Numbered from the stretch's first letter, positions 1-8,290 are shown. The stretch: DNA of 64,000 bases from Sphingomonadaceae bacterium (GCA_032249695.1 JAVVHE010000012.1:14647-78646); one strand, 5' to 3'. Numbers and translations are program-made. Notes: a model not told the origin generated them from the letters alone.

Positions 1-495
1 GGCGCAACGGTCGACGAGATCGCAGCGACGATCGGCGAGCTGGGCGGCGACGTCAGTCGCTCGGCGGTCGGCCGCTGGGCCAAGAACTGGCGCAAGGTCG
101 CCGACCAGCAGCGCGACATCGCGACCGTCGCTCGCGCGTTCGGATCGGAGTTCGGCGCCGAGGGCAACGACCAGGTCCGCGTGCTGACGCAGATTTTCAC
201 GAGCGTCGTCACCAAGCTCGGCCTGAGGGCGCTCACCGCCAACGACGACGATGCCGAGGAGGGATCGGGCGTCAGCGCGATGGACGCGCACTTCTTCGCG
301 AAAGCCTGCAAGGATCTGGCGAGCGCCCGAAAGCTCGACGTGGAGACCGTCGAGAAGATCCGCGACGCCGCGCGCAAGCAGGCGCTCGACGAGGCGAGCA
401 AGGTGGCCGAGAAGGCCGCGCGCGACGGCGGCGCCTCGCCCGAGACGATCAACCGGATCAAGTCCCAGTTGCTCGGCCTGAAGGCCGCGGCATGA
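1..495 (+). CDS. Phage Mu gp27-like small terminase subunit (DUF3486 family), 5' end cut by window edge
   Basis: Frame 1 is open from base 1 to TGA 493-495. The translation (...DVSRSAVGRWAKNW...VETVEKIRDAARKQALDEASKVAEKAA...INRIKSQLLGL) has the layout of Mu gp27/DUF3486 proteins. It lies upstream of Mu-type TerL, portal and gpF. Confidence 0.65.
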   Translation, partial: GATVDEIAATIGELGGDVSRSAVGRWAKNWRKVADQQRDIATVARAFGSEFGAEGNDQVRVLTQIFTSVVTKLGLRALTANDDDAEEGSGVSAMDAHFFAKACKDLASARKLDVETVEKIRDAARKQALDEASKVAEKAARDGGASPETINRIKSQLLGLKAAA

Positions 496-522
496 GGGCG
501 ACGTTGCGGCTCTCCCCATTCC

Positions 523-548
523 ACCCGGTGGCCGCGGCGGCACCGGGT
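523..548 (+). terminator. GC-rich stem-loop after the gp27-like gene (no U-tract)
   Basis: ACCCGGTG (523-530) pairs perfectly with CACCGGGT (541-548) around a 10-nt loop, 28 nt after the stop codon. There is no T-run, so the terminator function is uncertain. Confidence 0.25.
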
Positions 549-643
549 CACCCGCCTGCGCTGCCGGTCCCGGTCAACGCTGTGGGAGAAGCCGCGGTGG
601 CTTGTGACAGCCAAGCGCAGGCCCGCCGCGCCGGATTTCTGCC

Positions 644-851
644 ATGAGCGCGCCCGTGCCTCCCGCCGCCGTGCCCGTGCTGCTGCGCGTGGCGCACGCG
701 ATCGACAGCCACGAGGCGACGCGCGGGCTTTCGCTGAACCGGCTCGGCCAGGCGATCCAGGCGCTGCGTTTCGCGGGGCTGATCGACATCGCCAGCTTCG
801 AACTCACCCCCGCAGGCCGCCGCGCCGCGGGCATCACGGAGGAGACGAAGC
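644..851 (+). pseudogene. 5' coding segment of a small winged-helix-like phage protein that has no in-frame stop (reads on to 1915)
   Basis: Third-position GC is very high in frame 2 from ATG 644 to about 851 (...LSLNRLGQAIQALRFAGLIDIASFELTPAGRRAAG...). The coding signal then moves to frame 3. A frame-1 TGA at 853-855 overlaps the next ATG. Confidence 0.3.
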
Positions 852-1097
852 ATGACGACGACGGTGACGATCACGACGCACACCCGGCCGGTGCGGGTGA
901 CACCGCTGAATCCGAAGGGGCCGATCCATGTCGGGCAACAGCAGCAGCGCATCGAAGCACATTCCTCGCGTCATCCGTATCTGACCGAAATGCATGGCCT
1001 GCTGATCGAGGAAATCCAGCCGAGCCACTCGGACTATGCACCGCCCGCTCCGCAGCCCGACCCGAACAGCGAGCTGGTGACGGCGAAGCCCGCGTAA
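852..1097 (+). CDS. Hypothetical phage protein (81 aa)
   Basis: ATG 852 is preceded by GGAGGAG. The ORF is clean to TAA 1095-1097, and the high third-position GC is specific to this frame. Confidence 0.6.
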   Translation: MTTTVTITTHTRPVRVTPLNPKGPIHVGQQQQRIEAHSSRHPYLTEMHGLLIEEIQPSHSDYAPPAPQPDPNSELVTAKPA

Positions 1098-1361
1098 CAC
1101 CAATTCCAGACTCCGCCGGGAGCGAAGGGGATGAGGGCGTTCCGCCCCAGGCCCCGGCTGCCCCCGAGCCGCGCGCCGAATGCGCGGCCATGGACAACGG
1201 CGGGGCGCGTCTCTCGGCGACGGAGGACGCGGATGAGCCGCAGACTGTGACGGGCGCTGCCCGGAGGGTTGAACCGGATGCGGACGCAGCTCCCGCCCCG
1301 GTCGTCGCACCGGCTTTGCAAGCCGCCTTCACCCACGCTGCAACCCCACCGGAGGCCGACG

Positions 1362-1915
1362 ATGCCCAGCCCGATCGCCGCGCTGATCGACCAGCTGCTC
1401 GATGCGTGGGCGGCGCAGGAGATCGGCGCGGCGGGGCGCGCGATCACGGCTGCGGGGAAGCTGGGCGTGGAGCCGAACACGCTGACGCACGCGGCCGAGA
1501 TGGTGCAGACCGCCGAGCGCTGGCTGGCGCTGATGGAGCGGCTGCCGCACGCGCTGGCGCTGGAGGCGATGCAGATCGCCGCCCGACGTCACCGGGCTTC
1601 GGCTGGGTCGAGCGCTACAAGCAGGGCGACCAGTTCTACACCGCCCCGGTCGGCCCCGCCTTCCGCGAGCGGCGCCGCGTCCTGAACAGCCGGCGCGCCG
1701 CCAGCCTGCTGCGCCGCGCCGCCGAGCCAGCCTTGATGGTCGACGGCGAGCTGGGCGAGGCGCGCCAGCTGCTGCAGCGGCGCGGGCACACCGTCTATCG
1801 CGCGAGCGTCGACGGCGGCCCGGCCGACCGCTGGCGCGTCAACCGCGAGCTGCTGACCGACGCCGAGCTGATCGCCCGCGCCCGCCGCCTTTCGATGCGC
1901 GTGGAGCTGCGCTGA
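1362..1915 (+). pseudogene. Hypothetical phage protein with a -1 frame switch near 1585-1595
   Basis: ATG 1362 has GGAGG 7 nt upstream. Frame 3 looks coding up to about 1590, then the signal continues in frame 2 to TGA 1913-1915. Frame 2 has no start codon near the switch. Confidence 0.45.
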
Positions 1916-2190
1916 TGGCGCGCCCGGGCTTCTGGACGGTCGAGCGTCGCCGCGAGCTGGCCGAGCTGCTGGCGCGCGGTGCGACCCACAACCAGGCTGC
2001 CGACGTGCTGGGCACCACGGCACGGCGGATCAGGGACGCGCTGCACTATTACGGCGACGGGCTGACCGGCGAGCGCCGCGTGCCCCGGCCTCCGACCCCG
2101 CGCGGCTGGGCCGAGAAGGCCGCGCTCGGCTCGGCCGCGCTCAAGCTCGCGATCGACGATTACCATCGCCGCCACGGGGTGCGGTCGTGA
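1915..2190 (+). CDS. Small HTH-like phage protein (weak GcrA N-terminal-like pattern W-T-x-E-R...L...G...Q-A-A..LG)
   Basis: The ATG overlaps the upstream stop (TGATG). GC3 is high, and the stop overlaps the TerL GTG (GTGA). Confidence 0.6.
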   Translation: MARPGFWTVERRRELAELLARGATHNQAADVLGTTARRIRDALHYYGDGLTGERRVPRPPTPRGWAEKAALGSAALKLAIDDYHRRHGVRS

Positions 2191-3746
2191 GCGCGCTCGC
2201 CGCCCTGATGGACGTACCGCTGTTCCTGCCCTACCAGCAGCGGGCCGTGGAGCTAAGCCACCAGCACAAGCTGTTGGTGATCGAAAAGAGCCGCCGGACG
2301 GGCATCACCTACGCCCTTGCTGCCGACGATGTATTGAGCGCCAGCGCTGCCGAGGGCGCGGAGGACGTCTATTACACGTCGTACAACCTTGAGATGACCC
2401 GCGAGTACATCGATTATTGCGCGTCGTTCGCCAGGGCCTTCAACATCGCTGCCACCCAGGGCGAGTTCTTCTGGAAGGTCGACGGATCGGACGCCTTCAA
2501 GGTCTATCGGATCGACTTTCCCAGCGGCAAATCGATCGTCGCGCTGCCGGGGGTGGCCCGCGCGCTCCGCGGCAAGCAGGGGAAGGTCCGGATCGACGAG
2601 GGAGCCTTCGTCGACAACCTGCCCGAGCTGATCAAGGCGGCGCTGGCGCTCGGCATGTGGGGGAGAGGGGGCACCGTCGTCGTCTCCACCCACGACGGTG
2701 CGGACAACCCGTTCAACATCCTCATTGAGGATATTCGGGCGGGAAAGACCGAAGGATGCGTGATGCGCGTCACCCTGGCGGACGCGCTCGCCGACGGCCT
2801 TTACAAGCGAATTTGCCTCGTTTCCGGCACCGCATGGACGCCCGAGGGCGAGGCGGAGTGGGAGCGCTCGCTCCGCGCGCGCTACGGCCCCGCCGCCGAG
2901 GAGGAGCTGGACGTGATCCCCGCGCGCGGCTCGGGCGTCTATCTCAGCCGCGCGGTGATCGAGGACGCGATGGTGGCCGACGCCCACGTCGTTCGCCTGC
3001 GCGCGCCCGACGAGCTGGTGCACTGGCCCGCCGACCGCGCCGAGGCGTGGATCGCCGAGTGGTGGCAGGAGAACGTCCGCCCCCTGCTCGCCGACTTCCC
3101 CACGAGTGAGCGCAGCTTCGCTGGCGGCGACTGGGCGCGCACCGGCGACGTCTCGGCGCTGCTGCTCGGCCAGACCGAGCCCGACCTCACCCGCCGCGCG
3201 CGCGTGATCGTCGAGATGCGCAACGTCCCTTTCCGCGAGCAGCTGTGGGTCGCCAAGCGCAGCCTGCACGCGCTGCCGCGCTTCTGCGGCGCGAAGTTCG
3301 ATGCGCGCGGGCTGGGCATGCAGATCAGCGAGGAGCTGCTCCGCGAGTTCGGCGCGGCGCGGATCGAGTGCGTCCAGACCACCCAGAACACCTATCTGGC
3401 GGGCATGCCGCTGCTGAAGGCGGGGCTGGAAGATCGCACCTTCCTGCTGCCGCGCGACGAGGGCGTGCTCGATGATCACCGCCTGGTGAAGCTGGTGCGC
3501 GGCGTGCCGATGATCGTCGACCGCACCACCGACAAGGCCGACGGCGCGAAGGGCAAGCGCCACGGCGACACCGCGATCGCCTCCATGCTGTTCCTGATGG
3601 CGGTGCGCGACGCGTCCGAGCCGTTCGATTTCACCCCGGCCAACGCGCTCCGCGCGCCCCGACTCGCAGGTGCTGACCCCGACAGCATCTTCGCCGGGTT
3701 TGGCGTCGGCGGCGACGGGTTCGGGCTGTCCGGAGGGAGTTTCTGA
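2187..3746 (+). CDS. Terminase large subunit, Mu gp28-like
   Basis: 519-aa ORF with motifs such as ...LLVIEKSRRTGITYALAAD... and ...GKVRIDEGAFV...VVSTHDG.... It sits between gp27-like and DUF935 portal genes. Confidence 0.85.
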   Translation: MSALAALMDVPLFLPYQQRAVELSHQHKLLVIEKSRRTGITYALAADDVLSASAAEGAEDVYYTSYNLEMTREYIDYCASFARAFNIAATQGEFFWKVDGSDAFKVYRIDFPSGKSIVALPGVARALRGKQGKVRIDEGAFVDNLPELIKAALALGMWGRGGTVVVSTHDGADNPFNILIEDIRAGKTEGCVMRVTLADALADGLYKRICLVSGTAWTPEGEAEWERSLRARYGPAAEEELDVIPARGSGVYLSRAVIEDAMVADAHVVRLRAPDELVHWPADRAEAWIAEWWQENVRPLLADFPTSERSFAGGDWARTGDVSALLLGQTEPDLTRRARVIVEMRNVPFREQLWVAKRSLHALPRFCGAKFDARGLGMQISEELLREFGAARIECVQTTQNTYLAGMPLLKAGLEDRTFLLPRDEGVLDDHRLVKLVRGVPMIVDRTTDKADGAKGKRHGDTAIASMLFLMAVRDASEPFDFTPANALRAPRLAGADPDSIFAGFGVGGDGFGLSGGSF

Positions 3747-5332
3747 TGGCCACCTCGCCCGCCGACTATCAGCGCATGTTCGGCGGCCGCGGCCGCCCGG
3801 CCGCGAACGTGCGCGAGCTCAGCCAAGAAATCGCCACCACCGGCAACGGCCGCGACATCACCGTCCAGTGGATGGGGCGGCTGCGCGAGCCCAGCGACCG
3901 GCGGCTGTGGGGCGCGATCAACTGGGGCGAATATGCCCGCGTGCGGCAGGACGACCAGGTCGCCAGCTGCATGCAGCAGCGCATCTACGCGCACATCTCG
4001 CGCCCGTGGGAGGTGATCCCGGGCGACGAGACGCCGCTCGCCCAGGCAGCGGCCGATGCGCTGGAGGAGGACCTGCAGGCCGTCGGCTGGGACCGGCTGT
4101 GCGAGGCGATGCTGTGGAGCCGCTTCTACGGCTACTCGGTCGCCGAGGCGATCTGGGAGGTGAACGCCGCCCGCCGCCTGGCGTGGAAGAAGATCGTGCC
4201 CAAGCGCGCGCGCCGCTTCCGCTGGGGCGACGACGACACGCTCCGGCTGCTGACCCGCGAGAACATGCTGCCCGGCGAGGCGCTGCCGCCCAACAAGTTC
4301 TGGGTGGTGACGAGCGGCATGGAGAGCGACGCCGACTTCTACGGCCAGTCGCTCGCCGAGCTGCTCTACTGGCCGGTCTATTTCAAGCGCGGCGGCATCA
4401 AGGCGTGGAACATCTTCCTCGACAAGCTGGGCGTGCCGACGGTCATCGCGAAATACCGGCAGGGCGCGACGCTCGACGAGATCAACAAGATCATGTCGGC
4501 CATCCGCCAGCTGGCAAACGACAGCGGCATGGCGGTGCCCAGCGAAACGGTCATCGAGCTGCTCGAGACCAAGCGCTCGATCAGCGATTTCGGCGAGCTG
4601 TGCCGCTACATGGACGGCGCCATCGCGAAGATCATCCTTTCGCAGACGATGACCACCGATCACGGCTCGTCGCGCGCGCAGGCGCAGACCCACCAGGAGG
4701 TTAAGCTGGAGATCGTGAAGGCCGACGCGGACCTTCTGTGCGACAGCTTCAACACATCCGACATCCTCGACTTCTGGACGCGCATGAACTTCGGCAACGA
4801 CTGCCCGAAGCCGATGGTCGCGCGCCTGGTGAAGGAGGAGCGCGACATCGGGCTGACCGCCGACGCCGACTACAAGCTGTGGCAGATGGGCTGGCAGCGC
4901 AGCGAGGACAGCTTCCAGGAGGTCTATGGCGACGGCTGGGAGCGGGTGACGCCACCCGCACCGGCCAAGGGCGCAGCCGCCGATGCGGGCGGCGCTGGCG
5001 TGGGCAGCGCTGGTGGCGATGCTGGCGGCGGCGCCGACGATCCGGTGATCGACGTGACCGAGCTGGCAGCCGCCGACGCGCAGGCCGCGGCGCAGGACGC
5101 GATCGACCTGATCGTCGCCCGGCTCGACGCGGGCTGGCAGGAGGTCACCGATCCGCTGCTTGGGCCGCTGATCGCGGCGGTGCAGGCGGCGGGCAGCTTC
5201 GAAGAGGTCGACGCGGCGCTGAATGCCGCCTTCCCGGACACCGATCACGAGCCGCTGATGCAGGCGCTGGAACGCGCAGGATTCGCCGTCCGCGCGCTCG
5301 CCAACAGCCAGAAGAAGGGATCTGGCGCATGA
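3746..5332 (+). CDS. Phage portal protein, DUF935 / Mu gp29-like
   Basis: 528-aa ORF whose start abuts the TerL stop. Its size and position are typical of a Mu-type portal, and it has an Ala/Gly/Asp-rich C-terminal region. Confidence 0.85.
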   Translation: MATSPADYQRMFGGRGRPAANVRELSQEIATTGNGRDITVQWMGRLREPSDRRLWGAINWGEYARVRQDDQVASCMQQRIYAHISRPWEVIPGDETPLAQAAADALEEDLQAVGWDRLCEAMLWSRFYGYSVAEAIWEVNAARRLAWKKIVPKRARRFRWGDDDTLRLLTRENMLPGEALPPNKFWVVTSGMESDADFYGQSLAELLYWPVYFKRGGIKAWNIFLDKLGVPTVIAKYRQGATLDEINKIMSAIRQLANDSGMAVPSETVIELLETKRSISDFGELCRYMDGAIAKIILSQTMTTDHGSSRAQAQTHQEVKLEIVKADADLLCDSFNTSDILDFWTRMNFGNDCPKPMVARLVKEERDIGLTADADYKLWQMGWQRSEDSFQEVYGDGWERVTPPAPAKGAAADAGGAGVGSAGGDAGGGADDPVIDVTELAAADAQAAAQDAIDLIVARLDAGWQEVTDPLLGPLIAAVQAAGSFEEVDAALNAAFPDTDHEPLMQALERAGFAVRALANSQKKGSGA

Positions 5333-5676
5333 TCACGCTGAACGATGAGGCGATCGCCTGGTCGCGGACCGCACACCCGATCGCCTCCGATCTGTTCCGC
5401 GACGCGCTCGTGAAGGGCTACGTCGCCGGTGCGCTGAGCCGCATAGAGTACCCCGAAGCCGCGAACGTCGGGCCGTATGTGGGCCTGCACCCTGACCGGC
5501 CGCCCCACACACGCGCGGGCTCGGGCGGCCCCTGGCCTTCTCTATCGGTCGCATTTGCGATGGGCCTTGCGCGGGCGGCGGTGTCGGCCCTGGTTGCGGC
5601 AGGACAGGACGCGAACGCGGCTGCCAAGATCGTCGGAGCCTTCGCCGTCAGCGCAGCCGCAGGCTTAACCGAATGA
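5329..5676 (+). CDS. Hypothetical phage protein (115 aa)
   Basis: ATG 5329 overlaps the portal stop (ATGA). GC3 is high in this frame. It is the C-terminal part of track ORF 4738..5676. Confidence 0.6.
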   Translation: MITLNDEAIAWSRTAHPIASDLFRDALVKGYVAGALSRIEYPEAANVGPYVGLHPDRPPHTRAGSGGPWPSLSVAFAMGLARAAVSALVAAGQDANAAAKIVGAFAVSAAAGLTE

Positions 5677-5960
5677 GCACCGCGCCCGCCATCAGCGACG
5701 AGGTGAAGAAGCTCGCTGGCGAGGAGGTGGTGGCGATCACCGATCTGCTCGCAGCGGGCGGCCGGCAGGTGGTCGTCGCGGCCGTCGTCATCGATCCGGT
5801 AGCGGACGAGGCCTACTACACCTTCGGCCACACCGCGCTCTGCGCGCGGTCGGTCGAGCTGGCCGCGCTCGCGCATCTGAGCCTTCGCGACCAGCTGCTC
5901 GGCACGCCCGGGGACGTGCGCCCGATCGAGGCCGGAGGCGGCGATGCGGACCTCGGCTGA
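5673..5960 (+). CDS. Hypothetical phage protein (95 aa)
   Basis: ATGA overlap with the upstream gene. The composition is plausible (MSTAPAISDEVKKLAGEEVVAITDLL...). Confidence 0.55.
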   Translation: MSTAPAISDEVKKLAGEEVVAITDLLAAGGRQVVVAAVVIDPVADEAYYTFGHTALCARSVELAALAHLSLRDQLLGTPGDVRPIEAGGGDADLG

Positions 5961-6123
5961 CAGGCCCGCTGCATGCCTGCAGCTGCGCTGCAACGCCTGC
6001 GGCAACCTCATCCAGGGCCACTATGTGGCGCTGCGCGGCGGCATCGTCCGCCACCTCAACTGCCACCTCGCGCTCAACGGCCCCCACGCCCACGCCCGCC
6101 CCGAAGCGCAGGAGTGGCGGTGA
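5944..6123 (+). CDS. Small Cys-rich (CxxC ... CH) putative zinc-ribbon protein, 59 aa, not in ORF track
   Basis: Runs from ATG 5944 to TGA 6121-6123 and encodes MRTSADRPAACLQLRCNACGNLIQGHYVALRGGIVRHLNCHLALNGPHAHARPEAQEWR. GC3 is high only in this frame. The stop overlaps the next ATG (TGATG). Confidence 0.5.
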   Translation: MRTSADRPAACLQLRCNACGNLIQGHYVALRGGIVRHLNCHLALNGPHAHARPEAQEWR

Positions 6124-6386
6124 TGAAAGAGCACCGCATCCCCGCCGTCGACCGCGCCAACCACGCCTACTGCGAAGCGTTGTCGGCCGAGCTGATCGGC
6201 CCGATCCGGGAGGCTGCGCACGGGCGCATGAACTCGGCGCTGATCGAGTTCGAGGATGGCGTCCGCCACATCGTCAGCCGCTGGGCTGTGCGGAGGGCGG
6301 GATGGACGCGAACGCAATTGACCAGGCGACGGCCGATCGTCTCGGGATTGAAGTCGCGCCACCAGGAACGGTTGCCGAGCAGATGA
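6123..6386 (+). CDS. Hypothetical phage protein (87 aa; 3' end uncertain)
   Basis: Internal ATG of track ORF 5973..6386 (MKEHRIPAVDRANHAYCEALSAELIG...). It is coupled to the upstream small ORF. The last ~28 codons overlap the next ORF. Confidence 0.45.
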   Translation: MKEHRIPAVDRANHAYCEALSAELIGPIREAAHGRMNSALIEFEDGVRHIVSRWAVRRAGWTRTQLTRRRPIVSGLKSRHQERLPSR

Positions 6387-6559
6387 AGGCCTTCGACCTT
6401 CTGCCGCCTGGTGTTCGCCGCGCGCTCTGGAATGTCCCCTGCGATCTCGATGCGCCTGAAGTATTGACAGCATCCTATTTCATGTCGTCTGCGGCTTTGA
6501 TCGCATCGATCATTCGGGAGAGCCGCACTTTGGTGCGGAAATCGGCCGCCGATGGCTGA
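6302..6559 (+). CDS. Hypothetical phage protein (85 aa)
   Basis: Internal ATG of track ORF 6023..6559 (MDANAIDQATADRLGIEVAPPGTVAEQMKAFDLLPPGVRRALW...). The stop overlaps the gpF start by 8 nt. Confidence 0.5.
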   Translation: MDANAIDQATADRLGIEVAPPGTVAEQMKAFDLLPPGVRRALWNVPCDLDAPEVLTASYFMSSAALIASIIRESRTLVRKSAADG

Positions 6560-7748
6560 CGATCCGCAGATACTGGGCGCGACCTTCGATCAGCCGCCCG
6601 GCGACGCGCTGAAGGCTTTCCGTGCGAAGGGCTTCCGGCCCACCGTCGGCTGGCGCGAGATGGCCGCCGACGAGCACGCGCGCGATTTCACCGTCGCCAA
6701 GGCCGCCCAGCTCGATACGCTCGTCGCGATCCGGCAGGCGGTCGTCGCGGCGATCGCCGAGGGCCAGACGTTCGAGCAGTTCCAGAAGGGACTGGTGCCG
6801 ACGCTGCAGCGGCAGGGCTGGTGGGGCCTCGTTCAAAAACCGGAATTGACCGGCACGACGCAGCCCGTCTTCGTCGGCCCCAACCGGCTGCGGACGATCT
6901 ATGATACCAACCTCCGCGTCAGCCGCGCGGCGGGCGACTGGGCGCGCTATCAGGCCACGAAGGAGTATCGGCCGTACCTCCGCTACTCGGCGGTGCTCGA
7001 CAACCGCACGCGGCCCGAGCACGCCGCGTGGCACGGCACGATCCTGCCGATCGACCACCCATGGTGGCAGACGCACTTCCCGCCCTGCGGCTGGAACTGC
7101 CGCTGCACCACGATCAGCGTCTCGGATTACGAGCTGAAGAGCCGCGGGTGGAGCGTCGCTGCGAAGCCGCCGCCCGATCTCGGCCCGCCCAGGCCCTTCT
7201 GGCGCCCCGGCGCGAGCGCGCCCGAGCTGGTGCCCCACGGCATCGATCCGGGCTTCGCGTACAACCCCGGCGAGGCCGCGTGGCGCGCCGCCGCCGAGAA
7301 GGCCGCCACCTCGGCCGCGAACGCCGCGCAGGCGGGCGCTGCGAGCCAGGCGACGCAGATGCTCGCCGAGCTGCTGGCCGCGCCCGAGTTCCAGCGCTTC
7401 GTCGCCGCGCCTGCCGGGCGCTTCCCGGCGATGCTGCTCGACGACGCGGCGATGGCCGCGGTGGGCGGCGGCGAGCAGCGCGTGGCGTGGATGGGGACCG
7501 ATGCGATCGCGGGGCTGGATGCAGCGATCGTCCGGCAGCTCCCCGGCCTTGGCCAGGGCGCCGAGAAGGTGGTGGCGCTCGGCGCCGACCGCGTGGTGAT
7601 CGCGCGCGACGGCGACGGCTGGCTGGCGGCCTATATCCGCCCCAGCTTCGACGGCCGCAGCCTGACGATCGACCGCGTCGACCGGCTCGACGACGCGGCG
7701 CTGAAGCTGCTGCTCGATGGCGCCGAACTGCTGCTGAGCGCCTCGTGA
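6552..7748 (+). CDS. Phage head morphogenesis protein, Mu gpF (gp30) / SPP1 gp7 family
   Basis: Contains the motif ...YSAVLDNRTRPEHAAWHGTILPIDHPWWQTHFPPCGWNCRCTT..., which is characteristic of the Phage_Mu_F domain. Confidence 0.85.
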   Translation: MADDPQILGATFDQPPGDALKAFRAKGFRPTVGWREMAADEHARDFTVAKAAQLDTLVAIRQAVVAAIAEGQTFEQFQKGLVPTLQRQGWWGLVQKPELTGTTQPVFVGPNRLRTIYDTNLRVSRAAGDWARYQATKEYRPYLRYSAVLDNRTRPEHAAWHGTILPIDHPWWQTHFPPCGWNCRCTTISVSDYELKSRGWSVAAKPPPDLGPPRPFWRPGASAPELVPHGIDPGFAYNPGEAAWRAAAEKAATSAANAAQAGAASQATQMLAELLAAPEFQRFVAAPAGRFPAMLLDDAAMAAVGGGEQRVAWMGTDAIAGLDAAIVRQLPGLGQGAEKVVALGADRVVIARDGDGWLAAYIRPSFDGRSLTIDRVDRLDDAALKLLLDGAELLLSAS

Positions 7749-7776
7749 AACCGGCCTGCAACCCCCTTTCACCGAT

Positions 7777-7792
7777 CCCGCCGAAGGGCGGG
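7777..7792 (+). terminator. Short stem-loop CCCGCC-GAAG-GGCGGG after gpF (no U-tract)
   Basis: Perfect 6-bp GC stem with a tetraloop, 29 nt after the gpF stop. Confidence 0.3.
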
Positions 7793-7800
7793 GGCACGCG

Positions 7801-8139
7801 GTGCACGAGCGGCTTGCTGGCGTGAAGATCGAGCGCCTGCCGTGGGCCGAGTTCCTGCGCCGCTACGACCGGCCAGGGACACTGTTCTACCTCGATCCAC
7901 CCTGCTGGGGCAGCGAGGGAGACTATGGCGACGACCTCTTCAGCCGCGCCGATTTATCCCGCATGGCCGATCAGCTGCGCGCCTTGAAGGGCCGCTTCAT
8001 CCTGTCTGTAAACGACGTGCCCGAGGTGCGCGAGCTGTTCGCCGGGTTCGAGATGGAGGACGTACCTGTCCCCTATTCGATCGACGGAGGCGTCCCGACC
8101 GCCATAACCAGACTGGTGATTAGGGGCGGCGGAGGGTGA
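7801..8139 (+). pseudogene. 3' fragment of a D12-class (Dam-type) N6-adenine DNA methyltransferase gene
   Basis: The 112-aa ORF (...RYDRPGTLFYLDPPCWGSEGDYG...LKGRFILSVNDVPEVRELF...) matches only the C-terminal part of Dam-family enzymes. The N-terminal SAM-binding part is absent in all frames upstream. The catalytic DPPY motif reads DPPC. Confidence 0.55.
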
Positions 8140-8290
8140 CGCTCCGATCGGTCGGCGCTGGAGGCCCAGACCCGCAGAACAGCGCGCTTTTCGCTGCGCA
8201 CAGGGGGTGTCACGCGTTATCGTTAAACATACCCCCGCTTTCCGCACTGCAACAAACGGAAATCAGCCGTCTTCGCATCCGATTTTGGGC

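Noticed and set aside
1190-1361. Possible additional phage ORF starting at ATG 1190 in frame 2
   Set aside because: GC3 is only moderate (about 70%). There is no stop before it collides with the strongly coding frame-3 ORF at 1362, so it cannot be supported from sequence alone.
644-1915. 423-aa ORF in the track, read as one protein
   Set aside because: Third-position GC shows that coding switches frames. Frame 2 is coding for 644-851, frame 3 for 852-1097 and 1362-1590, and frame 2 again from about 1590 to 1915. The long ORF is open only because stops are rare in this GC-rich DNA.
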